Source: Camelus dromedarius (lineage: Eukaryota). Taken from it: DNA of 64,000 bases. The notes beneath the pieces are model-generated. The model was not told the DNA's origin. It saw only the letters and a program-made list of their open reading frames with translations, and ran no database searches. The translations under genes were made by a program, and so were the position numbers. Positions 39,840-53,515 of the stretch are shown one piece after another. The DNA is taken from contig NC_087436.1 of assembly GCF_036321535.1 (NCBI RefSeq), forward strand, positions 32,738,001 to 32,802,000, written 5' to 3'. The stretch's first letter is position 1. Each line of letters begins with the position of its first letter.

Positions 39840-40070
39840 CAGTGCAGTGTAAACCATGTGTTTTGGCACTGTACAGACAAAGTTTGAAACATGGTCCTAC
39901 AAATTACTAGCTGAGGAACAATGGTTGAATTATTTATAGTCTAAAAAGTGTCCTCATGTGCAAGTTGAGGATAGTAACCATTTGATGGGGTTGATTAAAT
40001 AAGATAATGTATTTATATGAATGAGCAAGTGCTTGGAATCCAGCATACTATCAACAGTTGTCAGCTTCAT
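39840..40070 (+). mobile_element. MIR, degenerate
   Basis: ttactagctg..tcctcatgtgcaagttgaggatagtaa..gattaaataagataatgta. Confidence 0.65.
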
Positions 40071-40199
40071 TCCTTGCTCCTTACCTCTTCCCAGCTGAGA
40101 TTGCTACCCTTTCTGGGGTCTTGCTCCATCAATCCTAGATTTTAGGGTCCCACCTTTCAACTATATATACTCACCCATGTTAGAAATTTCTCTCTCTAC

Positions 40200-40630
40200 T
40201 TTGGTTTTCCATTTAGCTATTGTGCCAGTTTCCCTTCTTTATTTCCTTGCAAAAGATTGTCTAAACTATTATGTCCCATTTACTACTGCATGGATCAATG
40301 ATTGTTTGTCTTTCACCGTCACCTGACTATTGAAATTGCTCACACCAAAGTTTCTCGTACCTGTGGAATTGCCAAATACAGTGGGTACTTTTCAGTCCTT
40401 ACTTTCCTTGCTCTGTTTATAGCATATTACAACACTTACCCATTCTCTAAAATTGTTTCCTATTTCAGATTCTTCTCTACCTCTCCGAGTGCTGCCATAT
40501 TCTCCTTATAAACTTTATTTTTCTGTCTACCACTTTAGCATTAGTATTCCAGGCTCCTCACCTCTTCTTTCCTCTCTTTTCCGTCTCAGTCTTACTCTCT
40601 CCTCTTTCTCTTTAATTCACTTCTCCCTGG
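40200..40630 (+). mobile_element. L2 fragment
   Basis: tgaaattgctcacaccaaagtt..gccaaatacagtgggtacttttcagtcctt. Confidence 0.55.
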
Positions 40631-40689
40631 GTGTTTTCTTCCTACCCAACAACTGCAGAATACCAAATACATGTGGAAAATCCACTGAG

Positions 40690-41045
40690 AGACAAAAAGA
40701 TAGAGCAAACTATGATTACATAAAACTGTATGCATGAATCTCAGAACAATTGTTTTGAAGAGAAAAAGCCAAACATACAGAGAACTAAATTCTGTATGCA
40801 TTCACATGCAGTTCATGAATGGTCAGATTAATATATGGTGTTAGAAATCAGAACAGTGGTTGCCTGTGGGGGCACAGGGAGGGACTAGAATGGTTCCATG
40901 CAAACTTTCTGGGCTTGATGTGCATGTTCTAAATTTTGATTGGGGTGTTGGTTACATGGGCCTATACTTTTTTCAAAATTTATTGAATTGTGTACTTGAG
41001 ATCTGGGTGTATCAGTGTATGTAATATTCACTTCAAAAAAGAAAA
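40690..41045 (+). mobile_element. Ancient L1ME-like 3' end
   Basis: atggtgttagaaatcagaacagtggttgcct; aaaatttattgaattgtgtacttgaga; A tail. Confidence 0.8.
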
Positions 41046-42054
41046 TGTCATTATGAGAGAGGTAGCGGTGGTGGTAGAAAGCTGATGTTACCCTCTCTCC
41101 TGCATATTCTCCCCTACCTCCCATAGGAGTTTCAAAGTGTTCTGTATTAAGAAGATGGATCTGCTCCATTTGAGGGTGTTTTTGACTAAGGCATAGATTT
41201 TGTAGTTTAGAAGGCTGATCATCAGTATGAGCTAGAACTGAAGATGGGTGAAGGAAAGGCAACTCCATATGTTAGTCCTAAGTTGAGACTGACACTACAA
41301 TGTCACATACTTAGTTACATGAAGGGAAAAATATTTGCCAGCTTTATGTACAGTACAGACACTGAATTAATGGAACTGTGTGCTTGAAGTTCTTGGAACT
41401 TGGTTTTTGTATGTCAGATCTGTTCAGCGTGCTGGGGGTAGAAAGAGGGTTGGAAAGGAGAATATGCCAACCTACCAAATTCCATAAACACAATTATTTG
41501 AGGAAATTCTGGTAAAAATGCACTAAAATATAATTACATTTACTGATACTTAATTATGATGCCAGTAGCTTTAATCTAAACTAGGCAAAATGGGAAAAAT
41601 TCATTTGCCTCTTTAAGTACTCAAAACATAATTTCCACAACTCAAAATATCTTCAAATGTATGCGTTGATTTCATATATTAGTTCAAGACTGATGTAATG
41701 AGGCAAAGAATCTTGACTGGCTCTGATTCTCTCCCCTGTAAAGATGCACAGGCTCACGGACCTCCAAGAGGCCTACATACTGTCCAGATTTACTGAATTT
41801 TTTCTGGAGAGAGGAGTGTTTGGTTCATAACATCTTCCGGTACACTCAGAAGTGACAAGTGGTTAAGTATAATGACTTGACCTTTCTACAGAGATGAAAC
41901 TATATATTTTAATTGTGAAAAGTTCAGCTTATTTGTGTTTTTTGGTAAAAGATGTTTAATTTTCTTTGCATTTCATAGAGTAGCTTGGCTCTCATTCTTA
42001 GTTATTTCATTAGCAGAAATTTTCTTCTATCAAGATACCATTAAGATAGTTTCA

Positions 42055-42447
42055 ATCCTGTATTTACGCTTTATTTTTGTTTGTTTGTTTTTTGTTTTTT
42101 GTTTGTTTAGATTCCACATATGAGTGATCTCACATGGTATTTTTCTTTCTCTTTCTGGCTTACTTCACTTGGAATGACATTCTCATAGACAGAGAATACA
42201 GGCTTGTGGTTGCCAGGGGGGTGGAAGGTGGGATGGGATAGACTGGGATTTCAAAATTGTAGAATAGATAAACAAGATTATACTGTATAGCAGAGGGAAA
42301 TATACACAAAATGTTATGGTAGCTCACAGAGAAAAAAATGTGACAATGAGTGTGTATATGTCCATATATGATTGAAAAATTGTGCTGAACACTGGAATTT
42401 TACACAACATTGTAAAATGATTATAAATCAATAAAAAATGTTAAAAA
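42055..42447 (+). mobile_element. Young LINE-1 3' end with 5' inversion (inverted 42055-42184, sense 42182-42447)
   Basis: Perfect TSD aagatagtttca (42043-42054, 42448-42459); first part matches 12289-12418 directly, second part matches the reverse complement of ~12016-12278. Confidence 0.95.
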
Positions 42448-43190
42448 AAGATAGTTTCAGGAAAACGAGAAGAATGGTAAACAGTTTTCTGGTTCATTCC
42501 TTTTTTTTTTTTCGTTTATTCTAGTTGTCTTATAGAAAGATTTGTATCTAAATTGAACCTTCTTCCTTGTTATGCTGTTTTTGTCTCATCATAATGTTTC
42601 CTCACTTTAATTAAGGCAGCATGTTCTCTTAACATGAAAATGAATTCGAAGTCACAGATTTGTCATACTGATTCCATTTCTTTATCAGGAAAGCTGTATG
42701 TGCCGAGAAGCTAAACCTCTGTTTAAGCATGAATCCGCATGGTAATCTCTAAAACTAGGAGGGCTAATTAATGTTACATATAGAGTCCTGAAGTAGATGT
42801 TTTAAATATATAGTTTACTCCATGGTAAACCGTTGTACTACACGATTTCTCTTACTGACATCAAATAAATCAATTAAGCAATATTAGGACTTTTACTTGT
42901 TATGAATTAGATTTATAAAGTCATTTTTATTCCATGTAACCTGTCGACTAGAATACTTAGTGGTGACCTCCAAATATAGGCCATATGACTCTTATTGTCC
43001 ATAATTTGTCATGATCTTAGACATGTATGTATGAAAATTAATGTTTCATATACAGTTAGATCTCTTTTGTGCATTTTCTCTTGGTTGCTCCCTCTCCGCA
43101 CACACAAACATATATATTTTTTGCGTATCTATGTATGTTTAAATGTACCTAAAAAATACACTGATTGCATAACATCCTCAGTATTTTATT

Positions 43191-43294
43191 GCCTCCTCTC
43201 TTCCTTCCTTCCTCCCTTCTCCTCTTCTCTCTCCTTTGTTCTCCTCCTCCTCCTTCTCCCTCTCTCTCTCTCCCCTTCTCTCTTCCCCTCCCCC
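43191..43294. repeat. CT-rich polypyrimidine tract
   Basis: Nearly pure C/T over ~100 bp. Confidence 0.85.
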
Positions 43295-43344
43295 ACGTCC
43301 ATGAATCCTTCTGGAAGAAATTTAGTGGGTAAATATGAGGAGCT

Positions 43345-43930
43345 GGTGTGATCATCACCACCTTTAGGCTTAATGAGCTTTTCACTTTGTCCTTCCATAC
43401 TGCTGTTCTGCATTTTTACAGAACTGGTGCTGTGCATACAGATGGGCACTTGGCTAGCAGAAATATACTTGGTGTGCTTTACTTCACATATCCGTGTATA
43501 CACATTGCACACATGGTTCACAATTCCCATGGTTCATAATTCCCTGTCACAGGAAATGTCATGCAACATATTAATCATAAACATCCTAAAAATTGGATCT
43601 GATCTTTTTAATATCCCATTTGCTGTTGCAATGGAAATATTTCCTAATAAAAATATTCAAGTCTGCCAAACCAATGTAGTGATCTCCAGTGTAACATACT
43701 GCTTTCCAAGTACTCTACAGTTTTATGATACTGATGCTGTGTCGCCAAACTTGGCCACCAAGCTTGCTCCAAAATGTTGAACTCTTAGCAAAAATGCTTC
43801 TATAATAACTTCCATTCTCTTGCCCAGACTAACTCTTAAATCTATGAAAGCATCCAAATTCATTATTAATTTTATTGCTTCCTCATTGAATAATATAGAG
43901 CTATCCATTTGAAAGCTCCTCATCTTTTTA
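43345..43930 (-). mobile_element. Fossil RTE-clade LINE ORF C-terminal region (MamRTE1/L4-like)
   Basis: Frameshifted minus-strand translation gives LDAFIDLRVSLG, AKSSTFWSKLGGQVWRHSISIIKL*STWKAV and QYGRTK*..PKGG in the order expected for RTE motifs. Confidence 0.55.
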
Positions 43931-46900
43931 GTCTATTTTGTTTTGACTCATCGTCTTTTGTTTATTTTTTATGCAAGTTATTTTGAGGCAAGGAAAAGGA
44001 CACAAATAAGGATTTCTATTTAAAGTCTTCTTTCTTACCACTGTTTGTATTTTCTTAGGGTCGTGAGTCATTGTTTATGGAGATGGCATATTTCTGTTTT
44101 CTTCAGTGGATTTTTGGTCATGCATGTGTAAGACATTGATTTGCGATACTGATGCCCATTTGTCCTTCTTTGTTTTTAATGTTATGAATCCTAATTTAAA
44201 TATAATTTTCTCCAGATTATTATGAATATAGTTGTAAGTTAAAGTAGCCAAAACTCACAGAACCTCTGGAAGCAGAATGGTGGTTATAGGGAAGAGATGT
44301 GTGAATTTTTGTGTCTTGGGGACTGAGGTGAGAGAAAATTAAAGAATGGAGGGACTGTGAAAGAAAGAGTTAAACTGTTTTTTTTTTTTTTTTGTTAGAA
44401 TTAAAGTTTTGACATTTTGTTTCACTACTGGGGTTTATTATGAATGTGGACATAGGTATATATAAAAATGTGTTATTTGTCCACTCAAAACAAGAAATGC
44501 TGGTCTGCTTCCACTGCAGAACTATTAGCATTACTCCATCTAATCTTAGAAAGACTATACTCTTGGGAAAGCCTAGAAACAAAGATTTTGGCCTCAAACC
44601 ACTTTGAAATAGATAATTCTTTATGAGAATGGATATTTGCTACCTTTAATTTGAATTATCCACAGTATCCAGGAGAATGGATTTTGCTGCATTTACTTGG
44701 AATTATTCATTGGAATGATTCAAGGACGAGAAGTTTGATGAAAAAAGGAGGATTGACGCAGAGGGTTGGCTCATGCAAGTGATATGTCTGTAGCTGGGGA
44801 TTGGCCAAGGCACCGGCAACTACTGGAGTCCCTAAAGATGAGGGAGATAGGAAGGGAACAATGACAAACTCATGATTTTGTCTCAAGCCATTTATTCATT
44901 AATTTTTACTCTTTTATGTATCTCAAATACAGTTAGTCAATAAGTCTGTGTCAGACAATGTAGCAGTGAGTTTTTCTGACAGTTTTTAAAGAATGGAGAT
45001 ATATTGCAAACATCTATAAATTTTTCAGTTTTAAGTTATCATTCACTAATTGACTTAAACCTTTCTTGAAATTAACTATATTTTTGGTCTTTACCAATTC
45101 CTGTAATGTTTACTACTTACCAAGTGAATTTTTCTCTCACTTATCCCCAAATTACTTGTTTCTGTGCCAGAGGAACACTTATTAGTTGTAGTGTTGAACA
45201 TAATGAATCTGCATTCAATCTTGCTGTTTGTTTGTAATATTAGCAAGTTGGTAATGTATTATACTTACTGACATGTGGAAAACAAAGAAAATGTGGAATC
45301 CCCCGATTTAAGAGTCTACTGTTACAAGTAGGGAGACAACATCTAGGAATAAAATGCTAGCATGGCATTGTATAATGAGAACAAATGAGTGGTCCTGAGA
45401 ATTACTGTAATAAATTCAGGAAGGGAGATCATGGTGGATTAGGTATAAAAGTAAGGAGTCATGGGAAAATCAGCCCTGAATTTGCCTAAAATATGCTCCT
45501 GACAGTGTCAGGAATAAATTCTTTCATCTCACCACAGTATGGCAACTCTTCTCTCAAGATGCAGTTAAGTTATACCCATTCCTCTTGCCCATGTAACTTC
45601 CTTTATCCTGAAAACACATTTAACTCAAGTGTCTCTTCATACTTCATCTTTTTGGATTGGAATTCAGTTTCTCAGTGTTTTATCAGCCTCTTAATCTTTT
45701 CAGTCATTTCAGTTACCTTTAGTTGGACTTTTTCCCCTCTGCCATTTCTTGAAGTATGGTGTCAACAGAGGGGCACAATAAGAATTACCTGGGTTTTTGT
45801 ACAGGAGAGCATGATGTGTTCTATTTTATTTCAAATGCTCCTACTTGATTATATCTTGAATTTTGATGTCCTTTTTTATAAAGAGAAATATTGGGTTTGT
45901 TCTTGGATTCTCTCCTGAGACTAAAACTTTTATCTTAGAATGTGCGATCTTTTAGATATAATTTAGATAACAGCTTGGATAAAGCCAAGTAAATCAATAG
46001 TCTATCCTGATAATCTATAAAAGTTGAGTGATCGAGGCAACTATATTCCAAACTTGAAATTGGGATAGAAAATAGGAGAAAGGAGTGCTGAAAAGGAAAA
46101 TTAAAAGCTAAGAAAAGTGGAAATCTCTTAGAAACAGATGGAGAAGGGAATGAGTATTACATACTTATACATAAATATAGGACTGAAAATACAGTAAAAA
46201 GAGAAGCAGAATGTATAAATATGTAGTATTTAATAGTTAAGAATTATGTATATTTATCTTTATTCCTGTTAATTATTTAGCATTATAATTTTGAGGCCTA
46301 TAACTGTGGGTAAGTTTTTTAAAGGGATTAGAATGATAGTTGAAAATTTCAGTCATACTTTGAACTTAATCTGAATAAATCCATTTGGCATCTCCTATGC
46401 AGAAAGGCAAGTAAGAAAACAAAGATTAAATAGAAGGACTGAACAATGGTGAGTGGGGTACTGCCAAACTTGTTGAGAAAACCTGTCTGTAATTGTTGTT
46501 TCTACTTGCGTACCCTGTATTCATTTTGCAGAACAAGATGGCTCTGTTTTTACCACTCCTTTAAAAGTGCTTTTTCTATGGTTAATAATGAACTCTTAAT
46601 TTCTCAACCTAAAGAGTTTCTTCTTATTCTCATCCGACTTGTCTTCTCTATAACCGGTGTTAATCCAGTCCAGTTTGGCCTGAGAGCTTTTAGATGCAGG
46701 GGTTAGAATACTGTTAAAGTGACAGTCACAAATTAGTATTTCTGCCCACTCTTACGAAACCCAGGAACATCTAAAATTCCATCAGAATCATTCTGGGAGA
46801 AGTGCTTCCTGTGTGCACTGTTGAACAATTCTTGGCTGCCTTGTGGTATCTGCAATTTTTCTCCTTTTGTGCTACAGCTAAGAACCAAGCAGTTATGTTA

Positions 46901-47187
46901 CAGGTGCTGGAGGAGGATATAACAACCCTTGCTGCCTGCCAAAGAGGCCTCTACTTCAGCCTGCTATTTCCCAGTGTCCAATGTCATTGTCACTGTGGTA
47001 ATTCGATGCTGTAACTGTTGTTGCCAAAGCAGCTTGTTGTTTTTTTATGGTCCCTATGTAAGTGCTGATATCAGTGTTATTTAATTGTTTAGACCTTCAA
47101 TATTTATGTAAATTTTCATGAAACTGCATATGAATACTTAGAGACTGAACCTGGGAACAATCCTGAATCATTATTCATTAAAAAAAA

Positions 47188-48186
47188 ATTATAGCTTCAT
47201 TGAGATATAATTCACATACCACATGTCAGCTATTTTAAAATGTATCTTTCAGTGGTGTTTTGTATACTCACAGAGTTTAACAACTAGTAAGTAATTGATT
47301 TTAGATCAATTCAGCATCCCAAAATGAAATCTTAAACCTATTAGTCATCATTGTCCATTTCTCCCTAACTCCCAACCTTAAGCAAGATTTGCCTGTTTTG
47401 GACATTTCGTATAAATGGAATCATACAAAATATGCTCTTTAGTGACTGTTTTTTTTTCACTTAGGATGATATTCTCAAGGTTCATCTGTGTTGTTGTATG
47501 TGTCAATATTTCATTCTTTTTTTATTGCTGAATAACATTCCATTGTTACTTATCCATTCATAAATTGATGAACATTTTGATTGTTTTCATTTTTCAGTTA
47601 TTATGAATAATGTTGCTATAAACATTTGTACATAAGTTATAAGTTTTTATGTGGACATATGTTTGAAATTCCCTTGATAATATACCTAGGAATGAAATTG
47701 CTGAGTCACACGGCAACTTTGTGTTTAACATTCTGAGAAACTGCCAGTTTTACAAAGTGGTTGCTTGATTTTACATTCCCACTAGCATCACATAAAGGTT
47801 TCATTTTCTTCACATTTTCATCAGTACTTGTTATTGTGTGCCTTTTTTTTATAGGCATCTGAGTGGATATGAAGTGATATCTCACTGTGGTTTTAATTTG
47901 CCTTTCACTGATGGCTAATGATGTTGGGAATCTTTTCATGTATTTGCTGGACACTTCTGTACGTTTTTTAGAGAAATACTTATTCAGGACCTTTGTCCAA
48001 TTCTTAGTTGGGTTATTTGTTTTTTAATTATTGAATTGTACAAATTCTTTATAAATGCTAAATACAAGTCTCTTATCAGATATATGGCTTGCAAATATTT
48101 TCTCCTGTCTGTGAATTGCATTTCCACTTTCTTTATGATATCCTTTGAAGTAAAAAGGCTTTTAATTTTTTATGAAGTCCAGTATG

Positions 48187-48241
<55 letters not shown>

Positions 48242-48537
48242 GTGTGTGTGTGTATTGTTGTTGCTTTTGCTTTTGATGTCATATCCCAGAAGACTTTGCC
48301 TAACCCAAGGTCACAAAGGTTTTCATCTATGTTTTCTTCTAAGAGATTTGTAGTTTTAGTTCTTACATTTAGGTCTATAATACCTTCTGAGTTAATTTTT
48401 ATGTATGGTGTGAGGAAGGAGTTCACCCTCCTTCTCTGACATGTAAAAATCCAGTTTGTTCTAGAATCATTTATTGAAAAGACTGTTCTTTCCCCATTGG
48501 AATGTCTTGGCATTCTTGTTGAAAATTATCAATCCAT
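47188..48537 (-). mobile_element. Old LINE-1 (L1MB-like) 3' end plus ORF2 C-terminus
   Basis: ttgagatataattcacatacc; ORF fragments KYMKRFPTSLAISERQIKTTVRYH and LTPYIKINS..DLNVRTKT.NLLEENI. Confidence 0.9.
48183..48252. repeat. (TATATG)n-(TG)n microsatellite inside L1
   Basis: Direct reading. Confidence 0.95.
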
Positions 48538-48699
48538 TATTCTTAAACCAAACTTCCATGCCTCTAGTCTCTTTCTTAAGGATAATGATATTATACCCTC
48601 TCCCTGTCCCCCAAGGAGACTTCTCAGCTCCTCCTCTAAACAGAGTTCTGATCAATCTACCCTGTAAGTTCTCCAGATACTCAGGTTTCCATATTACCT

Positions 48700-49778
48700 T
48701 GCACTAGACACTTCCTGATTAAAAACGTTGTTGTTCCTTGCCCCCAAAACACTTATCATTTTTTTTTCCTGGTTGTCTAGTCTTCTCAGTTTACCTTGGC
48801 TTCTTTCTCACTATGCACATAATTTCATTTAGCTTTCTGATTTCTGTATTGGCTCCCAAATCTGTAATTTCATTCCAGACATTTATTCTGAGCTCCAGAC
48901 CTATATTTCCTGGATGCCCAAGGTTGAAATCAAAGCCAGTACAAATAAAATTGAATTTTTAAAATCTCTTCTCCTTCAGACATGGTTCATTTCTTGATTT
49001 CTCTATTTTAATTAATGTCATCACTATTCATTTAGTCCTTAAGGTGGAAATCCTAGAGTTACTGTAGACTCCTCTCTGCCTCACCCTCCTAGTCATCGAG
49101 TTCTACTGATTCTACCTTGGGACTCTAATATCTGTTCCTTACTGTCCATCTTCTGCCTTGATTATATCTTGATCATTTTCATCTTCATTTTTCATTGGCC
49201 TACTTAATTTTCCTGCTGCTAGTTTTACTCTTTCCAGCCTGTTTTTCATGCTGAGTCTAGAATTATTTTTCTTAATGTAAATTTTATGATGTTATTCCTA
49301 CCCACAAGCACTCCAAACCTTCATGGGTTTTTACTGACTAGAAGGTAAAGTTCTTTGCAAAGTGTGCAAAGCCTTAGGCAGTCAGGCCTCTTACCTTAGT
49401 AGCCCACTTCCTGCCACTTCCATCCCTAGTCTATAGTCATTAGCCATGTTAAGCTATAACTGTTTATTGAACACACTTTTCTCTTTTGTGCTTCCTGTTT
49501 TTTGTTTTTATTTTGCACATGCTATTCCTACTATCTAAACTGCTCTGAATCCTTTAAGATGAACATATCATTTCCTTTAATGCTTTTCCCAACTTTCCCA
49601 GGTAGTTAACTTTTTTTGTGCATTTGCCCTGAGTACACACTGATGTTATAGCACTTACCCTACTGTATAATAATTGTTTGATCGTTCCTAGAGGAGAGTA
49701 TAAATCAGTTTTGACTCAGTATCTGTTGCTTAAAGTATGTGATCAGCAATGATTCATTTAATTATTGAATGAATAATA
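48700..49778 (+). mobile_element. L2 LINE 3' region
   Basis: ctgagctccagacctatatttc; ttttgcacatgctattcc; ttattgaatgaat tail. Confidence 0.8.
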
Positions 49779-50669
49779 AATTCTTTGTCAGATTTTCCTA
49801 TTTACTTTATGAAAGAACTATTATTTATATCTTACATATTTTATGGAAACTTACTGAAAATACAAATTTTAAAGAATGATAATAGATTTCTACCCAAAGA
49901 AACAGTGTTCTTTCCCTTAACAATGTGGGGTTTGGACTTTTTCTTTCTTTTTTTCATTGTGATAAATTCTACAGAGTTTAAAATAGAATACAAGCTGAAC
50001 AAAAAAAATTATTTTAAATCTGTATATAAATTTATTTAAGTTTTCTGAAGCCCACCATGAGCTGAAATTCTACCTCAAATATTATAAATGGGTAGTTTCA
50101 TGACTCTCCCTTTTATAATGTTTCAAAGTGTCATATAAAGTGATTCTTTACTTTTATTCCTTGATTTAGCACTGACTGTGATTTCTGAATGAGTCCCCTG
50201 TGGTCTAGTTTGTCTGAAGCTGAATGGGGCTTGTGTTTTCAGGGAAATCTTGAGTCATCTTCCTCACATTTGGCATTGAAATGGAAGTAGATTATAAATA
50301 TGGAGCATGGTGCTGACAGTGATAACTGTAACTTACCTCTTTATGGCAAGATATGATGAAAAGTTGTTATATTTACATTAAGTGTACTTAGAAATTATTC
50401 TAAGATGTTAATTTCCAAACTTTGTTTACCTGTAGTTAAACTTTATCTATTGTTTGGGTTCAGGGCGTTTTATGCCTGTGAAATTTTTGGCGAATGCCAG
50501 ACTCATAATGAGTAATGAAGTTCCCTTAAGGGAGGGGATAATTATTTAGCATTTTGAATGTTTTGAGGGTAGTTTTATTGGATTGATTTTCTTTTGCATG
50601 TTGTATTAAATTTGGCTGTCATCTCTGAGCATAGAAGACAAACTTGATCCTTAATTTGACATCATTAAT

Positions 50670-50990
50670 CTTAAGTTTTACTATGTCTCTGTCATGTCTG
50701 GCATTGTTATAGGAATAAGAAAGAGAACATGAACTTCATACAGCAGAGAGTAAGAAGACAGTATTAAGCAAATTAATAGCGTAAAGTGGGAAATGCTGTA
50801 AAAGTATTGTAAAAAAAGAGTTTCTAGATAGGTTGATATGGCTGGGATTAAGGAAGATTTACAGGCCTTTAAGCTGGATCTTGCAGGATGAATAGGAGTC
50901 ATCAGGGCAAAAAAAGGAAGATTATTTCATGGAGAGGGAACAAAAGAGACTGGTGGAAGAGGCTGCAGAATTTTAAATTGCTGTGGTGAT
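50670..50990 (-). mobile_element. L2 fragment
   Basis: gggattaaggaagattt..tttaagctggatcttgcaggatgaataggagt. Confidence 0.6.
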
Positions 50991-51947
50991 GCCTTGTTGT
51001 TTGGAGCAAATCTAAATAATTCAACAGACATTTAAGAATATTCTGTTTTCTAGCTCCAGTAAATGGATATCCATTATAGGTTCTGCCTTCTTCCTACTGT
51101 AGTCCTTTTGCTTTAGTGACTTTGTCTCATTAATGTATTACACATGTGCCATGAAGACCCTCTTGACAAATCTAGTACTATTCTAACTCTTCCCTTACTT
51201 TGGAAAACCCCTCCCTGCCACCAGCTGCCACCACAGTTCTCGAGTTGTTTAAGATACGTGACTTTATAATATGAACATTTGTGGAGCAGAAATGATGTAC
51301 CTTCTATTCTGTAATTTATAGTACTCAGCAAAGAGCAGCTACCCATAGGAAATATATAAATTATGAGGATTGCTGCTGTAGCTCTAAGAAATTTTTATAT
51401 ATTTTACCTCTATATCCTCTATATTAATTTGTATTTAGTTTTATTTTCAAGGGCATCTGTGTTTTGTGAAAACACACGAAGGGAAGTGTGTTTGAGACCT
51501 GTTTCTGTTGCTCATTTATTTTATGAATATACAATTAAATGTCATGGCATGGACTGAGTGATATATAGAATCCCTTCTAGTTCAAAATACTCTTCTGGAT
51601 GATTCTGATATGAGTAAGTATTTATATTCTCTGTGCACGAACTCCCATGTCCCCCAGGTGTGATGATTATTGTATTTACTTTTGTAATTGATTTTTACAA
51701 TATCTGTAATGACCTCAAAGAGTGCTGTTAAGTTCTCAAATAAAAATTATAATTAATTCATTTAGATCTTTTGAAAAGTATACCCCATATTACACTCTGT
51801 ATATGTAATATTCAGTAAAAGAGATCCAGTAGATAAGAGTTACAAGAAGATTTGGGAAATCAGCATTCTAGGTATTAGAGAGCAGTAGATGCTTAAAAAA
51901 GACAATTTCAAAGTAAGTTGCACGTGGCCAGTGCCAGTTTTGGTTTT

Positions 51948-52457
51948 GATTCTGGTTATCTATTGTATAACAACTCACCCTCAAACTCAGGTACTTAAAA
52001 AAGAACAGTGATATTTATTTAGCCTTCAAATTTGCAGGGGTCAGTGGGGAAGGTTCATGTTTGCTCCACAAAGTATTAGCTGGGGTGGCTTGATTGGGGG
52101 GCTGAAGGATTGTTTCCAAGATGACTCATTTACATGGCTTGGACTCAAGCTGGCAGAGGGCTCAGTTGGAGCTGAGGACCAGGCACCTTGGTTCCTTTCC
52201 ATGTGGGCCTCTCTGTTGGGTACTTGAACTTCTTCACAGGATGGTGGCCAAGTTCCAAGAGACAGTGTCCCAAGAGTTGGGAAGTGGAAGCTGCCAATTT
52301 TTTTAAAGCCTGTTGTGGAAACTGGCACTGCATTACTTCTGATGTATTCTTTTGGTCTGTCAATCACAGAGCCTAGAATTGAGGAAAGGAGACATTGACC
52401 CCACCTCTATATGGGAGAGTATCAAGTAATTTGAAGGAATATTTTAAAACCCCCACA
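51948..52457 (-). mobile_element. MaLR MLT1 solo LTR
   Basis: ttccaagatgactcatttacatggct; ggaagctgcc; ggaaactggcac..cattacttctg..gtattcttttggtc. Confidence 0.88.
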
Positions 52458-52761
52458 TATTTCTTCAGTAAATATAATAATGTTTTTATTATGATATTTA
52501 TTTATAAAAATGTCAAACAATACAGAACATTTCCAGGGTTCATTTGGTATGAAATTTGGAAAAACTCTAGTTCTGCTTTAGTAACATTATCCTGTTTCTA
52601 GTCATTTGTCTAGTCATGTTTACCTTAATGCTGCCTTGAGTTAGCTAACCACATATTTGCAGTTTATCAACAAAATATTTACATTCGAGATTTAGTATGC
52701 TAATTCTCTATGCTTCTGTTCAAGGCTTTTCTTAATTCTAATTTAGGCTTGGAAGTGAATT

Positions 52762-52781
52762 TGTGTGTGTGTGTGTGTGTG
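52762..52781. repeat. (TG)n microsatellite
   Basis: Direct reading. Confidence 0.9.
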
Positions 52782-52989
52782 TTTGTGCATGCACACATGC
52801 ATGCTGATCTTTATGGAACACTTTCACTCTGTCATTTTTCAAATTTCGGTGATCTTTCACCAGGTTTAAGTCAAGTCTTCTTTTCTACCAGGCTTACAGT
52901 AGGTACTCCAAACGAACAGTGGGGATTTGTTGGGGATTTCTTTTAAAGGAAGATGGTGAAAGCACTGAGACTATGGTATTTCTATTTTA

Positions 52990-53515
52990 GAATTTAGAAT
53001 TTTAATACTGGAAAAGTGCTTTGAAACTCATATAGTTCAGGTATTCACCAACCAGTTGCTTGAATTCCCTCTTACATTTCTGCCAAGTAATTATCCAGCC
53101 TACATCAGAATAGTTCCTGCAGTAGAAGGTCTACTAGCTTTGTGTGGTAGCCAGTTTTGTCTTCAAACATTTCTGCTTTTTAAAATTCTTTCCTCTTACT
53201 TAGCTTAACTTGTATTTCTGTAACTTCTTAACATACATAAAATTCTAAACCCTCTTACCCATGAAAAGCCTTCAGAATTGAAAATATTTATCATGGCTAT
53301 TTATTCTTACTTCAAACTAAACAGTATTATTTCCTTCAGCTGTTCCTCTTGACATAGTTTCAGATGACTTTCCACCTAATCGCTTACCTCTGAATATATT
53401 CTGGTTTGTTGATATTCTTAAATATTGCTTACTATTTAAGAAGAACATAATACTACTGTTAAATACTAAACAGTATTAAGAACTAAACACAGTACTCCAG
53501 AATCAGTCTGACAGG
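52990..53515 (-). mobile_element. CR1/L3 LINE remnant (a similar remnant may lie at ~55170-55460)
   Basis: ttatccagcct..gaatagttcc..tggtagcc..aaaattctttcct; aactaaacacagtactccag. Confidence 0.5.

Noticed and set aside
43373..43780. 135-aa + strand ORF
   Set aside because: Lies antisense to the RTE-like fossil; no motif or splice support.
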